Below, piece by piece: positions 51,815 through 63,827 of a DNA stretch of 64,000 nt. A program made the position numbers and the translations under genes. The DNA comes from Octopus vulgaris. Taxonomy: Eukaryota. The stretch covers positions 29,078,001 through 29,142,000 of the forward strand of contig OX597822.1 in assembly GCA_951406725.2 (NCBI GenBank), in the 5' to 3' direction. The first letter of the stretch is position 1. Every line of letters starts with the position of its first letter. The notes under the pieces are model-generated. The model was not told the DNA's origin. It did no database searches and saw nothing but the letters and a program-made list of their open reading frames with translations.

Positions 51815-52030
51815 TGAGGGGGTACCGGAAAGTTCCTGGCTTTATGGGTATTGCAAAAGGTCTGGCGGGAGGCCCAACCTTCTGAGCCCTTTTACAGGGC
51901 TTAGAGAAACTGAAAAACTGCTGTAATAAGTGTGTGAATCTGAAAGGGGGATATGTTCAATAAAGAAATAATTAAATGGTTCTCCTGTATTTTCTTTTAC
52001 CCAAAGCCAGGAACTTTTCAGCATCCCTTG
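51815..52030. mobile_element. Mariner-type MITE, intact
   Basis: TA-[tgagggggtaccggaaagttcctggcttt ... aaagccaggaacttttcagcatcccttg]-TA. Confidence 0.88.
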
Positions 52031-52295
52031 TATAATGCTATTTTATTGGTTTCAGTCAAAGAGCTGCAGCCATGTTGAAACATCTTTTTCAATAGTTGAT
52101 CCTTATTTTATCAATCTTAGAAAAATATCAAAGCTGATCTGGGTGAAGTTTGAACTCAGAATGGAACCAAATACTCCAAGATATTTTACCTACATGCTCA
52201 ACAGATTCTGTCATCCACCACAAATATAAATAATACTTTTAAATAATGCCCTATAGTTCAGAATTTTATTTATCTTTAGTAGATAGGAGTAGATA

Positions 52296-52710
52296 GGCGC
52301 AGGAGTGGCTGTGTGGTAAGTAGCTTGCTAACCAACCACATGGTTCCGGGTTCAGTCCCACTGCGTGGCATCTTGGGCAAGTGTCTTCTGCTATAGCTCC
52401 GGGCTGACCAATGCCTTGTGAGTGGATTTGGTAGACGGAAACTGAAAGAAGCCTGTCGTATATATGTGTATATATATAAGTGTGTGTGTGTATATGTTTG
52501 TGTGTCTGTGTTTGTCCCCCTAGCATTGCTTGACAACCGATACTGGTGTGTTTATGTCCCCGTAACTTAGCGGTTCGGCAAAAGAGACCGATAGAATAAG
52601 TACTGGGCTTACAAAGAATAAGTCCCGGGGTCGATTTGCTCGACTAAAGGCGGTGCTCCAGCATGGCCGCAGTCAAATGACTGAAAAGAGTAAAAGAGAA
52701 AAGAGAGAGA
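52296..52710 (+). mobile_element. tRNA-derived SINE family A, young full-length copy
   Basis: Pol III A-box tggctgtgtggt, B-box ggttcagtcc, CORE-like cttgggcaagtgtctt, an internal (TA)/(TG) tract and a tail ...gcagtcaaatgactgaaaagagtaaaagag. More than 15 whole or partial copies in the window. Confidence 0.92.
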
Positions 52711-54925
52711 TTTCATTTAAGTATTTTCATGCATAGTGAAATGGTTGGGAATATCCAGATAAATTGGTGCTTTGTTTCCACTTTTTATTGCTTGGTTTTG
52801 TCCACCAAGCTGAAAATAATTACAGGAGACAATATAATGATTTGTTATTCATAATCCTCATCACCATAATTTAACATCTGACTTCCATGCTGGTATGGGT
52901 TGAACAGTTTGAGAAGATCTGATCATTTGGAGGGCAGTATTATGCACCAATGTTAACTACTTTTACAGAATGTACTGGGTGATTCTTTATGTTTTTGTGA
53001 CACCAGCAGTAGTGTTGATTGCCTCAAAGTTAAAGGCCTAAAGTGGTCCCTACAACTGAAGGCAAACAGGAGAGAGTGTGGACTGTGACTCTAGATAGAA
53101 AGATGAAAGATGGTGTAAGAAGGAAGGGAAGGATTAAGAATTGAAAAGTTGTGGATTGTGTTAGTGGGAGTGGTAGGGTTATAAATTTAGCTTAGAACTT
53201 TTTATATTGTTTTTTTCTTTTCTTTAAAGAATGTTTGTGATTTGGTCTTGTGACTAAACATATATTTCTGAATACCTATTCACTCTCCACGCCCAATATG
53301 AAATTTCAGATCATTCTTACATCAGATTTCTTGGCTGTTTTGCTTGGGGAAGTAATTATCTAATTTGCTATTTAATGCTAACTACATTTGGCATTTTCTG
53401 GTACATTTGCTCTCTAATCCTACAAGACAAAGTTCTGTTGAATAGTGATGAAATGAGATTCTACTTAAGAAGTGTCTTTGACCAGGTTTCCATTCCAGTT
53501 TGCTGTTATTACGTTTTATTTATGTCTTGAGACCACTGAATGTTGTTGTAGTCAGTGAGCTGAAAAGAGAATATTTCAGCCGGTGAGGCGTTTTCCCTCC
53601 ACTTAATGAATGAAATTGAAATCCTCACTTGTGTCCCAGTGACCTAACAGGTCACTACATATAGCTATATGAATGAATCATATACAAACAAGCATTGAAG
53701 GTTATTGTACTTCTGTGAAGATTATACATGCCTGTCTGGTTAACCTAGACTAGTGTGGATCTCTGTTGTTTGTGTGTGCTAAAACAAACATATACACACA
53801 CACACCTATTTGAGAGAGAGAGAGAGAGAGAGAGACTGACTATGAGCATACACACATTGAAAATATGTTTTATTTCCCATGCATATCTATGTTTGAGTGT
53901 ATGTTGTACAGGTTTGTTCTATTGGCATCTTTTGAACTATGGCTATGCTGGGGTATTGCCTTTGAGAGTGTTGTCTTTTACATGATTCAGTTTGGTATAT
54001 ATTTCATCCCATCTCAAATTAAAATGTTTACGCTGATAAACAAACACATACACATACACACATGTACTCTCTCCACCTACAAAATCCCACTCAAACGATA
54101 TTGGTGAACAAGAGGTTACAAAGTAAAAAGGACTTTTCTAGGGAGCTGTGCAGTGGTATTTATCTCACACGGTGTCTGAGAAGTAAATTTGATGGCATGC
54201 CATTTTTATCCTTTGTTTCAGTTATTGAATTACGGCCATGCTGGAGCACTGCATTGAAAGTTTTAGTTGAACAAACCACGCCCCATAGTTATTCTGTCAA
54301 TCCCTTTTGTTAAACTGCGAAGTAACAAGGAAGTAAACTGAACTCATGTTGGCTATCAAGTGGTGATGGGGGACACACACACACACATCCACCTGTACCT
54401 CTACCTTTTACTTTCTCTGGACCAAATCCATTTACAAGGATTTGATTGGCCTGGGGCTATAGCAAAAATGCCTGTCTGAGGTGCCATGCAGTGAGACTGA
54501 ACCCAAGGCTACATGCTTGGGAAGCAGGCTTCTCAACCATGCAACCACGCCTGCACTTTTATATACATATGTATATCATGTACATGCACATATATAGATA
54601 GAAGGAATGTTATATTTTTTTAATTACTCATTAAATCATTTGCTGTGGTCAGCAGTTTCTTTTACAAGCTCAACCATTCTTCCTGCTAAAATAAAAAAAA
54701 AACTGAATAACTATCACTAGTCTTCAGGTTTTATTTTTTACATTATATTTATCAAAGGATCAAGTTCTGCTACATAGGTGTGTAATTACAGATATGGTAT
54801 GTACTTGAACAAAGTACAAGATTCCACTTTACTTCAGTTGGTTTGGTATACTCAACACATAGTCTACTATAGACATTCTGAATGGTATTAACTGGAGTTG
54901 ATCAAAAGTAACCTATGAGCTGTAC

Positions 54926-55173
54926 TCTCTTTTACTCTTTTACTTGTTTCAGTCATTTGACTGTGGCCATGCTGGAGCACCGCCTTTAGTCGAGCAAATT
55001 GACCCCAGGACTTATTCTCTTTTGCCGAACCACTAAGTTACATCATCATCATCATCATCATCATCATCGTTTAGCGTCCGTTTTACATACTAGCATGGGT
55101 TGGGGACGTAAACACACCAGCATTGGTTGTCAAGTAATGTTGGGGACAAAGACACACAAACATATACACACAC

Positions 55174-55214
<41 letters not shown>

Positions 55215-55380
55215 TACGACGGGCTTCTTTCAGTTTCTGTCTACCAAGTCCACTCTCATGGGTTTGGTTGGCCTGAGGCTATAGTAGAAGACACTTGCCC
55301 AAGGTGCCATGCAGTCGGACTGAACCCGCAACCATGTGGTTCATAATCAAGCTACTTACCACACAGCCACTCCTACACCT
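54926..55380 (-). mobile_element. SINE family A with a short RTE tail inserted at about 55040-55100
   Basis: Reverse complement of family A, interrupted by (CAT)n-cgtttagcgtccgttttacatactagcatgggttgg. Confidence 0.85.
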
Positions 55381-55853
55381 ATAAATGAGATCAGTCTTCA
55401 CCTATTTATCTCCTAACATATTCAAGCTACATGGAAGAAACTTTATTTTTTTCCTCCATTTCAGTCTTTAGACTGAGGCCATGCTGGAGAAGTGCCTTGA
55501 AGAGCTTTTAGTTGAATGTATCGACCCCAGTACCCATTCTTTTAAAGCCTGATACCTATTCTATCAGCTTCTTTTGCCAAACCACCAAGTTATGGGGACA
55601 GGAACACACTACCACTAGCTCTCAGGCAGTGAAATGGGGGCAAACACAGACACAAAGGCACACACACACACACACATGCGTGCTTACCTTTCAGTTTCTG
55701 TCTACCGGATCTACTCACAATGCTTTGGTCTATAATAGGCTATAGTTAAAAACACTTGCCCAAGGTACCACACAGTAGGACAGAACTCCGAACTGTGTGA
55801 TGGGGAAGCAAACTTCTTACCACAAAGCCATGCCTGTGCCTATGTGTAACATA

Positions 55854-56259
55854 TCTTTATATATAAAAGTGAAGTTGTGTGTCTGTCTTCTACGATTTGG
55901 ATTCCTAACTACTCCCACATTTTGCGGTGCAGTTTAACCAAAACCGGGTATCTTATAGTCGTGATTCATATCGAGCCCTTCTGGGTATTAGCGCGCGTCT
56001 ACGATGAGTCTACGATTAAAAAAAAAATTTACCATAATTTTTTCCCCATTTTAATGCATTTTTTTTCGCTATTATATAAGGGAAATAACTCTCTAAAAAT
56101 GTCTATGAAGAGTCAATGATTTAAAAAAAAATTTACCATAATTTCCCCCCCCCCCATTTTTAATGCATTTTTTTTGCTATTTTTTGGCTATAACTCTCTA
56201 AAAATGCTTATATAGTTATTTCTCTTACAAACCCGAGCAACGCCGGGCGATACTGCTAG
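55854..56259 (+). mobile_element. Non-autonomous Helitron
   Basis: 5' end A|TC(tttatatataaaag), 3' GC-rich hairpin cccgagcaacgccggg followed by CTAG|T. CpG-rich, with an internal duplication of about 100 bp. Confidence 0.85.
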
Positions 56260-57110
56260 TTTACAAATAAAGCATGAAAATTGTACTTGTAAATGAAGCA
56301 TAGAAGTTGCCTCATCTTTGTCGTTCAGATATTGAATTGTTGCGGTCATTAAAAGCTGCCTCATTTTATTTATTCAGGCTCTCTGTTTCTTAGGTTCAAA
56401 TAATTTCAAGGTCACTATTATATTTTATTCTTTTTGGGGTGAGTAAAATAAAATACCAGCCCAGGTCAACAGATTGGCTAAGTTATTGCTTGTGCATCGG
56501 ACAAAGTGCCTTGTGGTATTTTTTTCTGGTTCTCTTTCTTCTGAGTTCTTGATTCACTACCCAGTAAAAGTAGGCACACAAAGATTCCCTGGTCCTCCAA
56601 TATCTTTAGTGGAGTTCACTCTATTTCAAACAGTTCAGTCAGGTCTCTGGTTTGAGGATAACTTCCTCCCTTCTATCAGTTTCAAAGCTGCCACCACAAC
56701 CACGACCACCACCAAAAAATGGTGGTGGTGGGGTCACGGAGCCTCTTTGTGACTAAATAATAAAAAGCAAAAAAATATAAAACAGCACAAGTAGACAATA
56801 TATATATGTTTCAAATTTTGGCTCAAGGCCAGCAATTTCAAGGGAGGGGTTAAGTCGATTACATTGACCGCATGGCTCAACTGGTACTTATTTTATTGAC
56901 CCCCCCCTCCCCAAAAGAACTAAAGGCAAAGTGGACCTTGGCAGAATTTGAACTCAAAATGTAAAGATGGACAAAATGCTGCTGCAATGCATGCATACAT
57001 ATGTACGTACATATATATATCTTTTTTTTATTCTTTTTACTTGTTTCGGTCATTTGACTGTGGCTATGCTGGAGCGATGATTATATATATATATATATAT
57101 ATATATATAA

Positions 57111-57666
57111 CAGGCTTCTTTCAGTTTCTGTCTACCAAATCCACTCAAAAGGGTTTGGTCAGCCCAAGGCTATAGTAGAAGACACTTGCCCATGGTGCCG
57201 TGCAGTGGGACTGAACCCGGAACCATGTAGTTGGTAAACAAGCTACTTACCACACAGCCACACCTGCGCTTATATATATAGGCGCAGGAGTGGCTGTGTG
57301 GTAAGTAGCTTGCTAACCAACCACATGGTTCCAGGTTCAGTCCCACTGCGCTGGCATCTTGGGCAAGTGTCTTCTGCTATAGCCCCGGGCCGACCAATGC
57401 ATTGTGAGTGGATTTGGTAGACGAAAACTGAAAGAAGCCTGTCGTATATATGTATGTGTATGTGTTTGTGTGTCTGTGTTTGTCCCCCTAGCATTGCTTG
57501 ACAACCGATGCTGGTGTGTTTACGTCCCTGTCACTTAGCGGTTCGGCAAAAGAGACCGATAGAATAAGTACTGGGCTTACAAAGAATAAGTCCCGGGGTC
57601 GATTTGCTCGACTAAAGGCGGTGCTCCAGCATGGCCGCAGTCAAATGACTGAAACGAGTAAAACGA

Positions 57667-57668
<2 letters not shown>
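57111..57668. mobile_element. Head-to-head pair of family A SINEs (57111-57269 -, 57281-57668 +)
   Basis: ...cacacctgcgct-tatatatata-ggcgcaggagtgg... Confidence 0.9.
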
Positions 57669-57719
<51 letters not shown>

Positions 57720-57720
57720 C

Positions 57721-57927
57721 ATAACGGGAAGCTTTACGAAAATAAACAAAAGACGAAGGCAGGTGGAGTACAAACAAACAATTGTATCAGTATGGCGCTC
57801 AGGAATATAAATAAAACAAGTCTTTTACGTTTCGAGCCTACGCTCTTCAACAGAAAGATACACAGAAAAGAAACACGGAGAGAAACAAGGAGAGAGAGAA
57901 AAAAAATGCGTGCAGGAGCTAACGATT
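57721..57927 (-). mobile_element. Short hammerhead-carrying repeat, best-preserved copy
   Basis: CpG-rich; homologous to 48991-49167; abuts a long (TA)n tract. Confidence 0.78.
57821..57858 (-). ncRNA. Minimal type-I hammerhead ribozyme motif
   Basis: Minus strand: TCTTT-CTGTTGA-A-GAGC-GTAG-GCTC-GAAA-CG-TA-AAAGA (stem I, core, stem II, GAAA, palindromic mini stem III, UH site, stem I'). Confidence 0.72.
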
Positions 57928-58299
57928 CAACAAACACTTGTAAGTTCAGTAGATTACAATCGTTAGTGTTGAATAGCTAACTGAATCTTGTTTTTCTTTT
58001 TAGCAACATTGCAACATGAAATGAAATACTAAGATAACAAATAGCTTTGCTAGCAACAACAACTGTATTGATTTTGAACACTTTTGATCTGGATCTCCCT
58101 CCACCCCAACAAAAATCAATATTGATTTCTTTTTAGCCAATAACTCGAATGAGTGAGGTGTACCAATCAGTTGTATCAGGTGAATGATATTGGAAATGTA
58201 TTTCAAGCTAACCACAGTGAACTGAGTCAGTGGTATGGTGGTTTACCAGTTAAACCGGGAATTTCATTTTACAAGACTGGCATTGTTATATATGTCGCT

Positions 58300-58460
58300 T
58301 AGGGCTCTGTGGTAAGCAGCTTGCTTACCAACCACATGGTTCTGGGTTAAGTCCCACTGCGTGGGCACCTTGGTGGGAGGCAAGTGCCTTCTACTATAGC
58401 CTCAGGGCGACCAAAGCCTTGTGCGTGGGTTTGGCAAACAGAAACTGAAAGAAGCCTGTC

Positions 58461-58513
<53 letters not shown>

Positions 58514-58830
58514 GTTGAAATTTACAGAAAAACAAAACACCAAGACAGGTGTATGAACAGCAAGCAGGTGTATTAGTTTGACACCCGGGAAAGTGAGAAA
58601 GTCTTTTACATTTTGAGCCTGTGCTCTTCAATATATATGTGTGTGTGTCCCCACTATTGTTTGACAACTGGCGTTGGTGTGTTCCCGTCCCCATAACTTA
58701 GTGGTTCGGCAGACGAGACCTATAGAATAAGTACTAGGCTTACAAAGAATAAGTCCTGGGGTCGATTTGTTTGACGAAAGGCGGTGCTCCAGCATGGCCG
58801 CTGTCGGATGACTGAAACGAATAAAAGAAT
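58300..58830 (+). mobile_element. SINE family A with a truncated hammerhead repeat (58511-58631, -) inside its internal microsatellite
   Basis: The SINE halves flank the insert. The insert reads ttgaagagcacaggctcaaaatgtaaaagac on the minus strand. Confidence 0.82.
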
Positions 58831-59208
58831 ATACAGTTATTAATGTTTGCTGATCCAATTTACTTGTCTAGAAACAGATAGTGATGTATAATTAAGGAGG
58901 TATAATTAAGGAGTTCTCTCAACGACAAAGCCTGATGCATACTGGCATGCTATCCATTTTGAGGTGGAGACATTCCTTGACTGCATAGTTAAGTTGAAAA
59001 CTTGGATGTGCTCTTATGATTCTCTATAGGAGTGCTGTGTAATAGCCTAACAAATCATTAACAGATCAGCATTGTATCGTAGTAAGTTAAAAGATAGGAT
59101 ACACTCTGATATGATTATTAATAAGTGGCGGTGGCGGCAGCTACTAAAAAACAGAAAATATTTCACATAATTGTCTTTACTGTAACGATAACAGTGATGA
59201 TTATGGTG

Positions 59209-59537
59209 TGAAGGCACATGGCTCAGTGGTTAGAGTGTCGAGCTTACGATTGTGAGGTTGTGAGCTCGAATCCCGGACTGGGCTGCGTGTTGTGTTCTTC
59301 AGCAAGACACTTTATTTCACGTTGCTCCAGTTTACTCAGTAGTAGAAATGAGTTGCGACGTCACAGGTGCCAAGCTGTATCGGCCCCTTTGCCTTTCCCT
59401 TGGATAACACTGGTGGTGTGGAGAGGGGAGGCTGGTATGCATGGGCGACTGCTGGTCTTCCATAAAAAATAACCTTGCCCAGAAGGTAACTTTCTAGGTG
59501 CAAGCCCATGGTCAGTGTCTGACCGAAGGGGGTCTCA
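59209..59537 (+). mobile_element. tRNA-derived SINE family B with a 13-bp target-site duplication
   Basis: Head tggctcagtggttagag...gctcgaatccc. TSD gatgattatggtg at 59196-59208 and 59538-59550. A second copy is at 33348-33625. Confidence 0.9.
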
Positions 59538-60687
59538 GATGATTATGGTGGCCGTATTGGTAGTGAATGTTGTTGTAACATTGTTAAATATTTATTTTTC
59601 GTTGTTGCCATAAGTCGGACAAGTTGATGATGGATGGTTCCCAGGCCAGTCCTAATCATGCAAAGCTTGTGAGCATTCTGGTCATGATCACTGAGATTTT
59701 TCAGGCATTGTTCATCTCAGACCATAATGTCCAATAGCCAACCCCACTTAAAAAAAAAAATGTTTTGTGAAAGATTTGGTTGTTACTTCTAGCTGGTCTG
59801 ATGAGCATGTAAAAACAGAGTTTGGTAAAGTAGCTAAAATGCTTTTATCTTGCAGGCCAGATGGGAAATGTTTATATATCTTTACCTTCTAGCATTCTGA
59901 TAACTCTTGTCAAATGTGATGCTTATTTATTCACATTGTCTTGAATTAATTTGGCATTATCTTATAGCTTTGAGATTTTGATTATTTGGTTGTTTAGAAT
60001 GACATTGTAGGGTAGATGTGAGAAGCCTGATCTGGCTGGTTTGAACATAAAACAGATAGAATATTTGGGCCTGATATGGCTGGTTTAAATTCATCGTCGT
60101 CGTCGTTTAATGTCTGCTTTCCATGCTGGCAAGGGTTGGACGGTTTGACTGAGGGCTGGCAAGCCAGAAGGCTGCACCAAGTCCCTATCTGATCTGCCAA
60201 AGTTTCTACAGCTGGATGTTTTTCCTAAAGGATTAATGTGAAACAATTATCCATCTGAAGCCACTGCCAAAAAAGCATGACTTTTTGCTCTATTTTTTGA
60301 TACTGGGTTTTATTATTCGTTACCCAAAGATGGGTAAGAAAAACATGGATTTTGTGAATTTTTGTATGCAGCATCACTGATGCAATAAATTTGGCAGGCC
60401 TGTTGACCCTTGCCATAGAGGTTTCCTCACTGGTTAGACAGGCCTTCAGTATATCATATTACCCTGCTTTTGGTCATGTGTCATCTTGTTTATGTGGTCC
60501 CCATCACCCTAAGATCTGAGGCCTCACCACTTATTTTTTATCTTTCACTCTTAGCATTCAATCGCTTCCACTACCAAATAAGTGTTTTTCATTCACATCT
60601 TTTAGCAGCTGTCCTCCATGCTGGCATGGGCTGACAGGATCTAACAAGTTGGAGGACTATGTAGTACTCCAATGTCTGCACAGCATA

Positions 60688-61908
60688 CCGTAAAAACCCA
60701 TGTAATTTCTGCACTTTTTTTTTGCAAAAATAAAATAAACTTTAGTGGGTGTGTGAATTACATGAGTAGATCATTTCCAGGATTTTTTTGGAAAAAGATG
60801 TACAAAACGTAGACTTTCGTACCAGAAGCTGACCCATTTCATGTCAGAATAGGTTTTCACAGGAAAAAATAATGGCTTAAATATAATGAAGTTGACTTTT
60901 ATTTTTTGTGCTAGATGATATAATGCTTACTTTTTCTATATGAACTTACTAAAACCATTAAATGGTTAATTACTTTTTGAAGTCTAACATTCATGCTAGT
61001 AAACATAGTCTGAGTCATATTTTACATTGCTTGGAGTTTCTACCTATCATAGTGAAGCACCATTGACATATATAGTGATATGGATAATCTTGATTGTATG
61101 TTTTTATTTTTGTATGTTTATTACCAGGCGCAGTTTTAAGTTTGTCATACTGTTTATGCCAATTTCAAACATTGGCTTCGTTAACATTAAAATACCTTCC
61201 TGCAGCTCAATTGCCATGTTCAAATGCATATTCAACATATTTAATTTCTCCTTCGCAGTAAACGATTCATAAGTTCTACCCATACTAACAATAATGGTAA
61301 TGACATATTTTAAAGTTTGCTTGACATTTTGTAAGTGTGTAAGGGATTAAAATTTTGATACTCTGTATCAAAGGTTCCGACAAGAATAGGTGGAAAATAA
61401 TTCTGTTTACATAATCAGCTTGATCGGTCACCCTCCTCTGTCAGTTGAGTAAAGTGTCATCCAAGCTGGTGTTTATTGGTAATCCATCTTAATTTGCAAC
61501 ACCTGTGCGTATTTATCAGCTTTGTTTTTGTTGGTGATTCTTATCAACAACTTTTCCTGGGATCGTGATTTGAGAAGACATACAGCAGTATGCTAAAGAT
61601 AGGACATAATCTCTTGTAGGCAAGAAATGTAAAATAAAGTTTATTATAAACAACATAAACACTTTGTAATTTAATAGCTTTCAATGTGATACCCATTAAA
61701 CAGAAATTATTTTTATTTAATGAAAATTTAATAAAATCTAATCATAAGTAAGTGAAGTTATGCTAAATACAACTAAATTGAAAACCTTTTTTTCCTGGCT
61801 ATATCGGCAATTCTGAAAACTTTTGGGTGTGAATTTTACATGATTAGCTTTTTTTTAACAAATTTTATCCTGAAAATCACCTGCGCAAATTACATGGGAT
61901 TTTTATGG
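60688..61908 (-). mobile_element. pogo/POGK-like DNA transposon deletion derivative
   Basis: TA-[ccgtaaaaacccatgtaattt ... aaattacatgggatttttatgg]-TA. The minus strand at about 61120-61270 reads SFTAKEKL..EYAFEHGN*AAGRYFNVNEANV*NWHKQ, a Brinker-type HTH. Confidence 0.78.
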
Positions 61909-62058
61909 TAATCACTGCTACTGCACACATGGGGAGATATCTTTAACACTCAGTCCGCTTCTGCTCTGCTTTCTATTTAAGTTGAGGTTGCATATTATTT
62001 ATTATATATTCTAGTTTAGGTTTTATTTCTAAATGTAAATATTTGACTTCTATTTCAG

Positions 62059-62152
62059 CTCTGTTCCTGGAGTTTTTGGTGTTGCCCAAAATCAGCATTT
62101 GGATACCATTAAAAGAATGTTGGGGGTGTGTTTACAAGACAAAGCAATTGAT
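62059..62152 (+). CDS. IPO5: Importin-5 coding exon, (S)SVPGVFGVAQNQHLDTIKRMLGVCLQDKAID
   Basis: Acceptor ctatttcag and donor GAT|gtgagt; 94 nt, phase 2/0. Matches IPO5 [25 protein letters not shown]. Confidence 0.95.
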
Positions 62153-62395
62153 GTGAGTCAAGTTTTTTTTTTTTTTTATAATTTAAAATTTCTTTTATTT
62201 TCTTTTGCCAATTTGATTAATCCAAACTTCAATCCTTTTGTTATCATATTTCTGTTAAAATAAACTTTTTTTTTTTCAAATAAAGTTTAAGATAATGAAG
62301 AATTTAGTAAAATAATTGTTATTATTAAGCTGGTGTTTGGTTTTACAAACTAACAGGAAATCTTTTATTGGAGTTTTTAATTTAGACCACTTTAA

Positions 62396-62614
62396 CCCTT
62401 TAGTATTTAAACTGGCCATATCCGGCCAAAATAGTTAATCTGTTTTATGTTCAAACTGACCAGATCCAGGCTCTCACACCTACCCCACAATGTTATTCTA
62501 TATTAAGTAATTACACCATCAAGATCTTGAAGATATGAGATAATGCATGATTAATTCAAATCAATGGGAATCAATAAGCATTATGTTTGATAGAATAATC
62601 TGAACACTAAAGGG
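62396..62614 (+). mobile_element. piggyBac-like MITE family 1 (219 bp), nested in a family 2 MITE (about 62232-62680)
   Basis: TTAA-[CCCTTTAG...CTAAAGGG]-TTAA. Confidence 0.92.
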
Positions 62615-63045
62615 TTAAAATAGTAAGTTTGTATTATGGAATCAGAGATGGTCTTGGATGGGTTAGCACCAAAATGTTAAATGACTTGGCACTAAGCCCC
62701 TACCAAACCATGGTATGCACTTTAAAAGACATTGTGTCAGTTTGTGATTCAAGAATAGCCCTTTTGTTGTAATGTTTCTGTTGAAATATAATGCCTTTGT
62801 TTCAATTAATTATGAAAATAATGAAGAGTTTTGTAAAATAACTTAGCCATTATTCAGGTGGTATTTGGATCATAAATTGAAATAGCATTTAGATAAAAAA
62901 ATTTTAATTTAGATCACTGTAAAACTGGAAGTTCATATCTCAGCAGTCTCAGGTGGGTTGGTATCAAAAGGCAGTGTGCTGTCAGTTGGAGTGCATTCAT
63001 CTTTTATAATTAATACCCAATTCAGTCTTCTCAGACTTTTTTTAA

Positions 63046-63264
63046 CCCTTTAGCGTTCAGATTATTCAATCAAACATAATGCTTATTGATTCCCATTGGT
63101 TTGAATTAATCATGCATTATCTCATATCTTCAAGAGCTTGATGGTGTAATTACTTAATGTAGAATAACATTGTAGAGTAGGTGTGAGAGCCTGGACCCGG
63201 TAAGTTTGAACATAAAACAGATTAACTATTTTGGCCGGATATGGCCAGTTTAAATATTAAAGGG
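63046..63264 (-). mobile_element. piggyBac-like MITE family 1 (219 bp), inverted relative to 62396-62614
   Basis: TTAA-[CCCTTTAG...TAAAGGG]-TTAA; reverse complement of the upstream copy with few mismatches. Confidence 0.92.
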
Positions 63265-63722
63265 TTAAACTATCACCCCCACTTCTTTTACTAGCACTTT
63301 AACAACACCTTCCTTACTACAATTGAAAACTCTTTCTCTCCATTTTAAATATCAGGTTTAGTTTCAAGTAGCAGTCTGCCATGGGTGACTGCTAACCACA
63401 AAACCACGCTCAGTAAATATTTGGTACATCAGTGCTTGATAATTGGCCCTGCCTTTAGCATGTGGCTTTGGCCAAACTAAGACATGTAGTTTTTGTGCTG
63501 TGGTTCATGCATATATCACCATAGTCCCCAGAGCCCATATAAAATTTTTCCATTGCCCTGCAGGGAGCAGTACCAATTACTTTGAGAAGCACTGGTCTTA
63601 ATCATTTGAAGTTTCATTGTTGTATTAACTATCTAAAAAAAATTTCGACACCAAACCCTTTCTCTTTTTTTCTGTTTCTTCACACTTGATTTTTTACTAT
63701 TTACTCATTTGTATTTCATTAG

Positions 63723-63827
63723 GTTCGGTATGAAGCTGTTCACGCTACAACTGCATTTATAATAGCAAATGAAAAACAGTTAAATGTTCTGAACCACTTC
63801 AGAGAACTTCTTCCTGGTATTATAAAT
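63723..63827 (+). CDS. IPO5: Importin-5 coding exon, VRYEAVHATTAFIIANEKQLNVLNHFRELLPGIIN
   Basis: Acceptor tttcattag and donor AAT|gtaagt; 105 nt, phase 0/0. Matches IPO5 [29 protein letters not shown]. Confidence 0.95.

Noticed and set aside
57498-57980. 160-aa ORF and similar ORFs with IYIY, HTHT or HHHH runs
   Set aside because: These are chance translations of SINEs and microsatellites.
59211-59285. tRNA gene
   Set aside because: It has A and B boxes but no proper acceptor stem. It continues into a SINE body bounded by a 13-bp TSD. The family A and C heads likewise run into SINE bodies.
29445-63722. Intronic snoRNAs
   Set aside because: The TGATGA matches I checked come from (GAT)n LINE tails, and I saw no convincing C/D or H/ACA structure. 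A cmscan would be needed to exclude them.
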